64,000 bases of DNA from Paramecium tetraurelia (Eukaryota): positions 1-64,000 of the forward strand of contig CT868418.1 in assembly GCA_000165425.1 (NCBI GenBank), written 5' to 3'. The position numbers and the translations under genes were made by a program. Below are positions 44,401 through 57,720 of this stretch, in pieces (the first letter of the stretch is position 1; every line of letters begins with the position of its first letter). The notes under the pieces were generated by a model. That model had not been told where the DNA came from, did not search any database, and saw only the letters and a list, made by a program, of their open reading frames with translations.

Positions 44401-47400
44401 TAATCAAATTTATAACTCTGATCAGAAATCTAGCATTCTATAATTCTCCTTCAAATCAATCATGTTTAAAAACAACATATGTCAAAATATCAACTGTTTG
44501 ATGTTCATTGCCACTCCTCTAAATAATTTTGGTATACGTTCCAACATTGAAATTGAATAATTGACTATCTCAGAATTGCAAATCCAATCCATAAGTTAAA
44601 TGAATATAGACCTCGTTACATCAGCCTTGGTCAATCTATAAAGTGTTGGCGATATCACTATTAATGAATTGACAATTAAAAATGCTCAAGGCATTTCTAT
44701 TATTTTTATTGGTGATTCATAATCAGTTGAGATTACGAATGCATACTATTTCCTGGAAATGTCGAATGAGATTCTCTATGAATATGAAGAAGAATTAACA
44801 GAGAATTTTGAGATCGACCCTAATCTAGCAAATTATATTATGGTAACCAGTCCATACAATAATCTATTGCCGAATTCTCCTGATTGTGCTAATAGGAAAC
44901 GAACTGCACATTAGTTCAATTCTTATCTCATTTACATTGAAGGATTTCAAGGATCCATTGTTATGGATAACATTGAAGTCTTCAATTTACTATTCATGGA
45001 TAGATCTGCTATATTTATTAAATCTTATGAAAACTTATTATATATGTAGATGGAAACCATTTTACTTTAGAATTTGAAATTCGATAGCAACAGACTTGCA
45101 TCGACATTAGATGGGGAAATGATGAGTTTGATCATAATTGATTCATAATAAAATCAAAACATCACCATACTCAATGCCTAGTATAATCAGAATCATTTAC
45201 ACCAAATAACCGATTCATAAACAACCCAAACCCCAGCACTTTTATTAGTGATCTCTCCGAACTCTATCTTAAATTTATTGGATTCATATTTCAATTACAA
45301 TCGTATCACAAAATCAACTAATGGTTTGATGTGGATAAAAGTAGAATAATTTATTCTGTACAATTGTTAGTTTTAAAAGACCAATATTTTGGATCTGTAA
45401 TGGTTGGACTATCTTGAAGAGCAGTAATTGACAGCTAGTGACCCTGTTACAACTATTCTCGATCTAAGTAAAATGAGTATTTTTTAATTTTAGAATAATA
45501 TTTTTACATCGAATCTATGGGATCTAACTTCTATTTGATATCCACATTCATCTATATTGAGAACTTGTAAATTACTGAATCCTATGGTTAATCTGGTGCT
45601 GGAATCTTCCTGGAATTGTTAGATGGAATTGTCTTCATAATGCACTCGTAGTTTTAGAATATCTAAAGCAGTCTACAAAAAATTGATGATACAGAAGGAG
45701 GATGTTTAACAATAAATTCAGAAAGTTCTCAGATGTAATTGGAATTAAATTCTGTTTTCATGACCAATTGCACTGCAAGAATCAGAGGAGGTTGTATTCA
45801 TTTGTACCCAACCAAATTCAAACAAAGCATTTTATTCCAAGACTCCCAATTCTCACTTTGCCAATCTTTGGGATATTCATTTTTAAGTAATCCCTACTTA
45901 GAATCCACTGATCAACCAGTAATTGAGTTCTTGAACATTTATGTAGGTGATAACAATTACGATAACTTTATTCAAAATATACCTGATCTTACCTTATTAG
46001 AGTAATTGCTATTGACTAAGGATTCTGGAATCTATTATCAACACACAGGATAATTAATAATTCGAAATTCAATCTTTACTAAATTGAAATACTTAAGTAT
46101 CATAAAGGCAGTTGGAATGACTGAGATATCCATATCTCAATGTGTATTCACCAAAAACATTCTCTTTTTGATGCCTCTCTTGGATCTCTAAATGACTCCA
46201 ACTGTCTCGAATTCAATATAAGTAGTCGCGTCAGAATTTGTTGACAATTGGTCTACAGATATCAATCCAATTGTAAATAATTGTGATGAATTTATTAGAG
46301 AAGGCCTGGATTAAACCTTAACTCAATAAACTTGTGATTAAATTATGTACATCATTGACTTTTAGAATTTTATGAATTAAGATCAAATAGCTTGGAATAG
46401 TGATCAATATTTGGATAGTTATTAGTATCTAAATGAGTAAGATAAGTATGAGTCTGTGTATTCATATAATTTTTATTATGCTTAAAGCATCCAAGTTGTT
46501 CAAAGATTCAATTCAACCCTCAATGACAAGTTAATCAATTGTATCCTCTAGAATATGTTAAAGTATATCATAATATCTATTTAGCTTGACTTTGGAAGCG
46601 GATTCAGTGATACCTACGTCTCTTATTACTATAAAAAGCTTGTTTAGCAATTCCAAGTTGAAATTCGATGAAATCAGTATTATCTAAAATAGATGTGTAA
46701 GATGCTATGGAGGCTTACTTCAAATATTGGGAGTAAATGCTGGCAGCAAATTGGTTCTGAATCATATAAATTGCAAAGACAACACAATAGGTTATTATGG
46801 ATGCCTATTAATTTAATAATAATAGAGTATAAACCAATTCGTACCAAACCAAAATTTGATGGATTTGAATGTTACCTAATTTCCTAACAGGATGTTGCAA
46901 TTAGGGAAAGACTGCACTGTCTCGATAACTTAATCAATTTTTTCATCAAATAGAGCCAGGATTGGGAGTGCCATTAGTATATTAGGCTTGGATGCATTAG
47001 TCTAGAATAGTATCTTCTCGGATAATAGGGCAAGCCTTGCTGGAGCAGGTGTTTATTATATGAACATTGGTGGAGATTTCGAAACTTCATTATATGTCTA
47101 CAATTTATCATTCCAAAGCAACAAAGCATAAGTCGGAGCTGCATTCTACCTAGTTAATAAGGAATTAGCAGATGTAAAATCCTTGCTAATTAAATTTGAG
47201 TACAACTACGCAACAATACAGGCAAACAATATACAAGAGAATTCAAGAAGATAAACTCTGTCAATGAATGAGGGTTCCTATTATTAGGTGCAGGTCTACT
47301 TGAATCTAAGTGGAGATTAGAATCTTGATGGAAATGTCGACAGTGTGGATTAGATAATAAGGGAAAATGTTACTTTCGATTATCATACCATTGGCAACTA

Positions 47401-50267
47401 CCCTGAAAAGACTAATCTACTAATCTTACCTTCAGGGTAGTCTATTAACACATATGAATACTATTTCGAAGAAACACGAGAATACATTCCATATGAATGG
47501 ATATTTAGAGTGATTAATTTGAATAGATTTAATGAGCCTGTAGTTAACAATGAAGATGGAGATAAGTGCTTTATTTTTGGTAGAATATAAAAATTCTCGA
47601 ATTATTCTGAAAAGTTAACTTTTACTAATAACTACACAATCCCCAATGAAATGCTCTATAGCAAGAATTTAAAAGGCTATAGCTTAGACGATATGCAATT
47701 AACCTTTGATCCTTATTTTGATAAAGACTTTTATTTGGAATTGCAAAGTAACACTCAATCTTAAATTAGTTAAATGTCAAAAGATGGCTATTCCAGTATA
47801 TTCTAATCCTCCAGATTATAATATAGTAGGATATAATAAGGGCTATGAATTAATATTAAATGTTAGAACATTTCCCTGTTAAATGGGAGAAGTCTACTAA
47901 CTTGGTCGTTGCATCCCATGCAGTCCAAAATTAAACTAATATTCTGTAACCATAGGAGGTGTGCTATGCTCATAGTTTAATTCTGATTCTATGGTTGCCA
48001 TAGAAAAATCACAAATTCAATTGAAGGCAGGATATTGGAGACCTGATTATAATAATGATGAAACCTTTTATTGTGAAAACTTGGATTCTAATTGCAATGG
48101 AGGGTGGGTTCCTGGTAATCCTTCTTGTTATACTGGACATATAGGAGCATTGTGCGAATCGTGTGACCTATATCAAATATACAATGACGAAAGATATACT
48201 TAGACTTCACCCTATAAATGCGCTAGATGTGAGCCAACTATGAAAATAAACTATATAGTTCTAGTGGCAACATCAATTACATCCTTTGCCTTAATGATTA
48301 TAGCAGTAAAAGGCAGCTATGAATCATCAATGTAATTCATTATTGAAGAAACTCTGGATATATGGGGGATATTGTTAAAAAGCTCTTTGAGTAATCTAGA
48401 TGTTTTGATGAAAGTCCTTACAAATTACTTTTAAATAATCTAGTTCATTACTACATTTTAGATCTCCATTCCTAGTGCAATCAAATAAACAACTGAGACT
48501 GGAGGCAACCCTACTGAAAGTACTACCTCAGCTATGGATTGTCTCTATGTAACGATGTCAGATTTAGATGTATTATACTTTCGAATGGTTTGGGCATTCA
48601 TCTAGCCATCAATATATTTGATTAGTTTTTATATTATCTATTTCGTTGGAGTTGCTACCAAAAAGATACCTTACAAAGTGAACATTATTACTACAGCCTT
48701 AATTTATTAGTTCCTCTATTTATAGCCCACATATGTTGAGGGATTCATGGTCTTAGCATCCTTCAGAACCGTAAGTGGTTATCAATATGTACAGAGAGAT
48801 GTTGCATATAGATATAACAGTTCCATGCATTAGTACTACCTCTCAAGATTTATCATACCCATGCTAATAGTTTGGGTCATGTTCTTACCTTTACTATTCT
48901 TGTTTTTGGTCTACAAGAATCGAGCCACTATCCAAACCAAGTAAACAAAATTAATTTATGGATTCTTCTATCTAGAATACTAATTAAACAGTTATCTTTG
49001 GGAATTTGTTAAATTATTCCAAAAGGAATTCATGGTCATCATTTTAGCATATTACGAAAGTCAAGTTACTGTTAAGGGATTGTTATTAGTTGTGGTAATG
49101 TTTCTCTATGGATTCTACTAAATTTAAATATCACCTTATAGTAATAAGAGACTAAATATGTTGGACAGGTATTCAACTGTCATTTTGTCAATTTCACTAG
49201 CTATGGGGGTTCTAATGAAATCATGCTAAGATTCAGAATTTGACTATTTAGTTATTATAGTGGCTATTTTCATAATCTTAATCAATGTTCTATTCTTATT
49301 GTCGATTATTTATTACATTTTTGAAGGGTATGTTATTAAATTGTCCCCCATCCTCGATAAAATAAGGGATGTACTTAATGAGAAATACCCAGATTTAGGA
49401 AAAAGGTATCCACATCTAAGGCCCTACTTATATAATAAAGCTTAAATGACCATCAGAGTGAAGGCATTATGGGCCACCTTACGAGAAGCTGTTAAAGACA
49501 CCAATGAAATTTGTAAAGAACATGGTGTTAAGTTTAAAAAGATTTTCCCTCCTTATGCAAAAGAAGAGGAAAATCTGGTCAGTTTTGAGAATATCTCCAT
49601 TGAAATTAAATCAAACTAAGTTGAAGATAAATAACCTTTAATAGTTTAAGATTCCTCCTTTGTTCAAAACCATTAAGATAATTCACAAAATTTAGATAAT
49701 TCACAAAATTAACCATCAAGTGCAATAAGACTCTAATTTATCAATAGTAAGGGAGTAGTATAGCAAAGTTAATTTTTCACTTCATCATTTATGATCAACG
49801 AGTCCTAAGAACCTATAGCCATGACAGGTTTATGCATAGAACAATGGATTGATTAGACTTAGTATGAAGGATTAATTGTTAATGGTAAAAAGTAAGGGAA
49901 GGGACTCTTAATTTGGCCATTCTAAGAAAATTAAAAGTAATAAGAATAATATGAAGGTGAATTCTATGATAACCTTTTCGAAGGATACGGCGTATATAAA
50001 TGGAGTGATGGAAAGGTGTATGAAGGAGGATGGAAAGAAGGGAAAAGGCATGGATACGGAAAATATTAAGGATTAAGCTAATAGTATGAAGGGGAGTTCT
50101 AAAATGATTTATATTAAGGATAAGGAATTTTGAGCATAGGAAATAAGATAATTACGGGATCTTTTACTAAGGGTAAAATGGATGGAGAGATGCAAATTGT
50201 TATAGGAAGAAAAAAGAAAAGGAGAGGAATTTGGAAGGAAGGAGTGTTTGTGAAATGGGTTGATTGA
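41466..50267 (+). CDS. Giant (~2,900 aa) surface protein: signal peptide, furin-like Cys repeats, Pmp/pectin-lyase-like repeats, multi-pass TM region, C-terminal MORN repeats
   Basis: MKIDITILLILVSIT; many CxxCxxGY units (about 41550-43430); FSSNRARIGSAI, FSDNRASLAGAGV and FQSNKAQVGAAF repeats; GYWR..CxxGHIGALCESC; hydrophobic helices at about 48250-49330; YEG..GxG MORN units at about 49825-50264 in the same frame. Confidence 0.9.
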
Positions 50268-50569
50268 GATTATTTAGATTGAATAAAATATAAACTAAAC
50301 AACTTAAATTTTATAAATTATTTATAATGAATCTTAAAAATGTCCTCTGTCAGTCGAATCAAGTAAAATACGAAAGAACTTCAATAGCACTTTATCAATT
50401 TATAATTTTATAGTTAATTAAAACGATCACTTTCAGATAGAAATAGTAATCATTTTTCAAATTTAAAGCATTTAATAGTATAGCATATGTGAATGAAGAC
50501 AATGATATTATAAATATATCTATAATCTAATAATAATATGATGTATATAGATTTAACTTAATTATGGCA

Positions 50570-52113
50570 TCATAAGGCTTTATCAAGGTTTCTTAATCTG
50601 GCTTCCAAATCATCAAGAGCTTATGTATTTGGGTTAACTATATTTGATTGCTATTGGCCAGGAGTTTGTTATGGTTGAATTGCTGGTTAAACCTATGGCT
50701 ATTAAGGTATAGAAGGATTTTAATATTATTAAGGAACTTTCATACTTTAACTTGCCATTATTTAAGGACCTTAAGATTTAAAATAATTTTATACCTTAAT
50801 TCAAACATGAATAAGGATTTGGAGACCCATTTATTTAACCGTATCCTCCAGTCGTTCCAAACCCTCCAGTAGGAGGATTACCAAATTAATTATTTGGTTA
50901 ATTATACAAACCATTTTAAGGAGGTTAATTTCCAAACCCACCTTAAGTACCTTATCCAAAACCTCCTTAGGAATTGCCAAAGTCTCCTTGTGTTCCAAAA
51001 CCTTATGGTTGCGATTATCCAAATCCTCCTGGTTATGACTAACCAAATCCTCCTTAGGGTGGATTTCCGAAGCCACCTTGAGATGGGTTTCCAAAACCTC
51101 CAATAGGTGGTTGACCAAATCCTGCTTATGGTGGATTTCCAAAGCCTCCTTAGGGTGGTTAACCAAAGCCTGGTTAAGGTGGATTTCCAAAACCTCCAAC
51201 AGGGGGTTGACCAAAACCTCCTACAGGCGGTTGACCAAAACCTGGTTGAGGTGGATTTCCAAATCCTCCCAAGGGTGGTTGACCGAATCCTCCTACAGGT
51301 GGTTAGCCAAATCCTGGTTAAGGTGGATTTCCAAAACCGCCAATAGGTGGTTGACCAAATCCTCCTTGTGTTCCAAAATCACCAAATCCTTAGTTTGGAT
51401 TTGGCATAAATTATTATTATCCAAAACCTTATTAATCTACCAAGATGCCTCCTTAAGCAGGTCTTAAAATTTTAGAGCTAAATTAATGTCCTGAAGCATT
51501 TAATTGTTCTTCACTGAATCCATATTTTTCTGCGAATTTCAATGCATATTCATTGACTTCATATGCATCAGGCAGAGGTGTTTTAAATAGTTTCCTTAAT
51601 TCTTGATCGACATTAATCAATTTACTAGTATCATTGAAGCCAGGTCCAAAATAGTATATCATTAGATCTTTAAATTCCATTACTTATTCTAAGTTCAAAT
51701 TATCTGCCGCAAAGAGGATACTCTCGATATATGGCATAAGATCTGCAATTTTAGAATGATCTCCTCCACATCTGAAGATTCTTATTGATTGATCTTTAAC
51801 GATTTCACAATATCTAAGTTATATAGAGATTAGTATACCTTAGTACTATGTGACATGTCTCTAAGAATCGAACATCTTGAACTAGCTGTTGGAATTTCTG
51901 ATACTCTTCAACCATCACTCTAGATGGACTACGCAACATTTCATTTAAAGCTTTCTCTCTCATTAATGCTTAATTAGTTCGTCTGTCTCTATTCAATTCC
52001 ACATAGCCTTTAACCTAAAATTAAAGAGAAAATCGTACTTTCAAGCAGGCAATCTCAATTTGAAACTAAGTTATCTATTTAGTTTGGGGTGCTTTTGGTT
52101 ATTAAGTTCCCAT
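50570..52113 (-). CDS. IST1: IST1 (ESCRT-III-like regulator of Vps4) with GFG/Pro/Gln-repeat linker
   Basis: N-terminal IST1-like core (FLETCHIVL/RYCEIV..IESILFAA..EFKDLMIYYFG..NVDQEL..P..EVNEYA); C-terminal MIM1-like ALDDLEARLRNL. Confidence 0.85.
50900..51430 (-). repeat. Coding tandem repeat, 24-nt unit encoding (G/P/A)GFG(N/Q)PP(Q/V/I/L)
   Basis: Repeated GGATTTCCAAA.CC / GGTTGACCAAA.CC on the + strand; about 13 near-perfect octapeptides and about 20 FG motifs in total. Confidence 0.92.
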
Positions 52114-53611
52114 GAATATGGATTTATTTTGTTTAATATATTAATATTATCATTTAAGCGTTCAATATTTTAATTAAAACATTATGTTTCCATATTTATT
52201 TTAAAATGTATAACAGTATATAAGATGTAGAAAGTTCCATACTGAAAAAGAAAAATAATATTTGCCTCAAATTTTAACTACTAAAAAGAAGTCCTATAAA
52301 ACTTGAATCAAACTGGAAACCATAACACCAAAGGGTTGAAATCAAATATTCTTATTAGAATTATTGAAATATAGAATCCTTATTTTCCTTAAATAGAATC
52401 CATTTTTGATAATTGTGGAAAATAAATCTCTATTTATACATTTTTTTTATATATGTATTTTAATTCAAATGATATTTTAAACAATACCCTATAATTTTCT
52501 AGATTTAGTGCAATACTAAATTAATGAATAGATATTTGATATAAAATCAAAATAAGATACAAATTAGTTAAGGCTTGTAGACTAATGAAAGAGGTTAGAT
52601 GATTGTTAAATTCCTTAGTTTCATGTTATATACTTCATTTTAATATGGATAACTGATTATTTATTAATATTTCAAAAAAAGAGGGAAGCTTAAATTTGGA
52701 TGAGATTTGACTATGCATTTTGGTGCACATGATTTAAACTTGATTTTAATGTCATTTTATATTTAAAATATTTGTGATTCTATATCAGATTCCTTCTTCT
52801 AAATTTTAAAAAACAAACAATTACTTCAAATTAAGCCTAAGAATCTTAATAAATTTAAATGAAAATTAATTGATAAAAAGAAAAAAAAGGATGAAAATAT
52901 TAAATGAAATATAAATTATGTATGATCCTGAAAATATAAATATTTTAAGAATACTACCCAAAACTTTTTGGATAAAATGAACTTAAAAAGATTTATTAAT
53001 AAAGAAATTAATTTATTCAAAATTAAGATCTGCTCCAAAATTATGTGAGGATCAAAATAAGTTATATATATTATTCATTTGATATAAGCATGATTTTAGG
53101 ATATTTATTGTAATAGAATTGAGATTAATCATTTAGAATGTCCTTCCTGTTTTAATTAACAAATACTAAGCTTTCAAAAAAGTATCACATAACAATCACA
53201 ATACTTTAAAATGATTTGCAATTTTGTGTTAATTTAACAGACAGAAATTTAAGATATGACTAATAGTAATTCCAAAATCTCTATTAAAATAAATTATTTG
53301 GGGAAAGTGAAATTTATTGGAATAATAATTTAACATTATTCATATTTGAAACATGGTTCTCGAGGATATCATAAAACTTGAATTTGTGTTCAATCAAGAG
53401 ACATAATTTTTTATCATTAAACGAGATAAAATTTCTAGAAACACTTTATGTATATTTTGAAATTTTTAATAATGTCTGAGATATTATATTACACCCACAT
53501 CAACTCCCCAATAAGGTCAGATTAATTTCAGATGTCATATTCTTTCAACGCACAGTATGAATATCATTGTTAATTAAAATTTAAATTAATTTATTTATTA
53601 TCTTACTACAA

Positions 53612-56600
53612 ATGAAACAACCAGTCTCACTTTTCGCTTAAAATACTTTTTCAAGAAATATAAATTAAGAAGATGATCAAGAAATTCAGGACAGATCAGG
53701 TTTTGAAATTTTGAATATGGATGGTCAAAAGAGAAGGAGAGATAAACTATCTCCAGTGGCTCGATCGAATTCTGGGCATCATGAATAGTTGATTTTACAA
53801 TACCATAATCCATAATAACTAATTACTCCTAAAAATGAGAACATTACTGAAAGACTTTAAACATTTGCTTAGACAGAGCAATTCAAATAATCAAAATCAT
53901 TTCGAAAACTGATTGTGTATTTTCATCAAAAAGACTTTATAAAAATACTATTGGCTCCATACAAATTAACGACATCTTTTACTATAAGACATTTTAACTT
54001 AATTAATGATTTAGGAGCCTCCTTTAAATACTAAGTAGGTAGATTTAATGAAAGTTAGAAAAGCTTGATTCATTAATACATTTCACTTATTGACTTTAGA
54101 ATCCAAATAAGATTAAAATTCAGAACCATAAAAACAAAGTGCAAACATTACTTACAACACATTCATAATTAAATTCCATTAATCGAGCCGATGAGTAATC
54201 TCAAATTTTTTTGGGATTTAATGTGCTTTGGCATCAGGATTTATTTAATTGTGGTAATCCCTATACTAATGGCGTTCCATAATTAAAACTTCATTGATAA
54301 ACAATAAATTCCATTAATATTATTTTCTATTGCTTTAATTTTTGATATCATTATGAGGGCATTTACTGTAACCTATGATTAAGGATTACCTGTTAGAGAT
54401 CGTTATTTATTATATAAAAAATAAGTAAACTTCTCAACATTATTGGAATTATTTAGTTTTATATACACAAGCATAATAAGTTTATAGTCAGACAATATTA
54501 TCGATAAAAATTTAATTGGAGATGGTTGGCCGAAATTTATATTAGTTTTATTGTATATATAAGTGGCCAATATATTAAAGTTTATAGACATATCTTAATA
54601 CTCTTTCAAACTCAGCAGAATGTCAACATCAATAGTAGAACTGGTTAAATTAATTACATTAATACTTTTGGTTTAACATGTATTTAGTTGTGTATGGCTT
54701 GTCTTTGGTATTTAATGTTAGGATACGTAATAATAGTCATGGTTAGACAAATTCGAGAGTGATTAATGGTCATATTAATTCCTTCAATCGTTCTATTTTA
54801 TTTGTGTAACCACATTTACTGTAGGCTATGGTGATTTGACACCAAAAAGTAATAATAAAACAATAATTTAGATCCTCCTGAATAAATCTTCACCATCTTT
54901 TATATGTTTTTATGTATGTTGCTATTCTCATACACTGTAAATACTATTGGAAGCATACTCACATAAATAAAAGAAAGCAGCGATAAAATTAAAACTAAAC
55001 TCACAGCCATAAATTAGTATATGCATAATAAACAGATTAGTCCGACATTATAATTTAAGTAATATCAATCAAATATGATAGAGTTCGAGAATAGTTGTAT
55101 TTTTATCTTAAACAAGAGGTTGTTCAATAAGTCAATGAGCAATCAGAAATCATATCAATGCTTCCAGAAGAATTATAACACAGCCTTAGAATAGAGGCTG
55201 CCAAATCTTTAATAAATAAATGTCCATTTTTTAGTGAGAACTTTTCAAATGAAATAATGAATCAGCTCCTGGAAGAAGTCAATTTCTAAATATTTTAGCC
55301 AGGAGCCACAATTTAATCAAAAGATGAATTCTTCATTCATATCATTGAATAAGGATAAGTCGAAGTTTTGTATAAAAAAGTAATATTACTTTTGATTATC
55401 ATTAGAAAATTATACAAACACTTGAAAGATTTGATTACTTCGGACTTGAAGAATTTGTCAGTTAATAGTAAAATCCAAATTTTATTTTCAAAAGCACTGC
55501 ATTTACTAGTGTACTCTCAATTCCATACTCTTATTTTCATAAGATATTATCTCAAAATGATCTGGAAAACTAAAAATTTCACAATCTACTTACATCCTAA
55601 TCTTGTCTCTCAAACTATTGTTTTATATGTAAAAACAAGAGACATTCAACATAGTCCTGTTCTTTGGTTCATTTTATACCAAATAAAGAGGTTGTCTTAA
55701 AAAGGTATCTTTACAGAAATAAATAAAAAAAAAGAATTAAGTAAGACAGAAGGAGTAGATAGTTATCAATAAATGAAATTAATTTAGTCAATGGATAAAA
55801 TTAAATTAAACAAATTTAATTTAAAAATGCTTGCAATAATTAAAAAATGATTGAATCAATAGTAAACAAATTTTAAATTGAAAATTAAGTAGCTTTAGAA
55901 ACTCTATTTCCTACAATTGAATAACCTATAAGTATAGATAGTTAAAGTGAATCTGAAAATGATGAATTTGAGGATGTTAAAGATTAGAGTTTTTCATAAT
56001 AAAATTTGAATTCAAGAAGAGCCAGTAAACAAATTCCTTGTATTTCCTCAAAAAATTTACTCTAATATTAGATTTTAGATAAAATTAAGAAAGAAAGACA
56101 AAACAGATTGATCTAACCTTTACAACCTTAACTCTTAATGTCTCAATATGGATAAAATAATCCAAATCCTACTGCTAATACTAATGCTAATACTAACACC
56201 AAGTTACAACTAAAAAAACTACTATTGTCCAAACCTGGCCAACCTGATTATGATGAATAAGTAACCTAAATTCAAGAATTAAACTTTTTTAATGATTTAA
56301 GACAGAAAATGAATAATTTACTTTTATTCCCAAAAACAGAATAAGAATAAATAGAATTTTTGTATAAGAAAATTTTAAATAGAAAGGAGGACTTGGGTGA
56401 AATGTCGGACTTTGAAATATTAAAAAATTATGAAGTCTTTAATAGATAATGGAATGCTGACTAAGTAGTTAAGAAATTAGTGTAAAAACAAAAAAAATTT
56501 AGAGGATTTAAAAAACTTAAAAGATTTTTGTTGTTCCCCTTTCTTTATGTTAATAAATACTTAGACAAAAAGGATTAGAGTGATGTATTTAAACCAGCTG

Positions 56601-56694
56601 AAAAATCAAAAAAGAAAAGTAAGCATTCAATCTATTATTAGGACCTACAAGACCAAAGGTAATCAAAAAGACGAGGGTTAGTCCTAAAATATGA
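53612..56694 (+). CDS. CNBD-family (EAG/HCN-like) K+ channel
   Basis: FFWD S1; pore FTVGYGDLTPK; C-linker INQYMHNKQIS..RVREQLYF; CNBD-like IIEQGQVEV..DYFGLEE; terminal 23-nt intron at 56619-56641. Confidence 0.93.
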
Positions 56695-56739
56695 AAATAA
56701 TTTGTATATCAATCTATTTCATATTTATCAATAATAAAA

Positions 56740-57720
56740 ATGGGATAATGCAAATGTTTATAAGCACCAAAATAATTAACCATCGAAGGAAATCCTATTT
56801 AAGATTCTTACAGTCAAGAATAGGATTATCAAATATAAAGAATCTTACAACCTCTAAAGTTATATGAAACACTTCCATTACCTTCTTACTATTCCTAAGT
56901 AGCAGAATCTTATGAAGATTTTTCTCCTGAAAAAAACATACCTGAAGATTCTGTATGCAGAGATTTTGTTGCTCCAAATATTGAGATCAAGTAAGTACCA
57001 GAAATAACATTCTGTAAAAATTATCCAAAATCTGATAAAGCATATAAATTTGAAGGTTTCATCTATATAGGACAATGGAAGAAATTCGAACCTTATGGTT
57101 TTGGTGTTTTTATTTATAATGATGGAGCAATTTACATTGGATACAGCGTAAATCTCTGTCCTCATATTTATGGAAAGAAATAATATCCGGATGGTACAGA
57201 ATATGAAGGAGACTATTTATATGGATCTCATCATGGCTAAGGTATTTTGAAAAATAAAGAGATGACCTTCGAGGGAGTTTGGAGTTAAAATGTACCAGTG
57301 AAAGGAAAAGAATTATGGAAAGATGGGACCATTTTTGAAGGAGAATACAAAGAAGGAAAGAAAAACGGGTTTGGTATTATGAAATGGAAGAATGGAAATT
57401 AATATGAAGGAAACTTTTTAAACGATTAATTTGATGGTTAAGGAGTATATAAATTCGCAGATGGATTCATTTATGAAGGAGAGTGGAGTAATTCATTTAT
57501 GCACGGGAAAGGAAAATTAGTATACCCTAATTCTAGTTATTTTGAGGGTGAGTTTAATAACGATAAATAAGTTTGTGGCCTTCAATATTCATTAAATGGA
57601 CTCCGATAAACTATTTCCTAATTTAGTCCTAATTCAACAATAAGTGAAAGAAGCTTTCTTAAAATTGATAGGCCAAGCATTAAAACGTCATATATTGAAT
57701 TTAAGAGTGTATATGGTTGA
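56740..57720 (+). CDS. MORN-repeat protein with MGQC N-terminus (326 aa, intronless)
   Basis: MGQCKC; about 8 MORN units (YIGQW, YEGDY, FEGEY, YEGNF, YEGEW...). Confidence 0.92.

Noticed and set aside
50648..51467. Several overlapping ORFs on both strands, or a CRISPR-like array
   Set aside because: These are shadow frames of the 24-nt coding repeat in IST1; there are no unique spacers or cas genes, and the context is eukaryotic.
56619..57265. Channel-MORN fusion by read-through
   Set aside because: A canonical 23-nt intron gives a stop at 56692-56694, and the unspliced frame is out of phase with the MORN gene.
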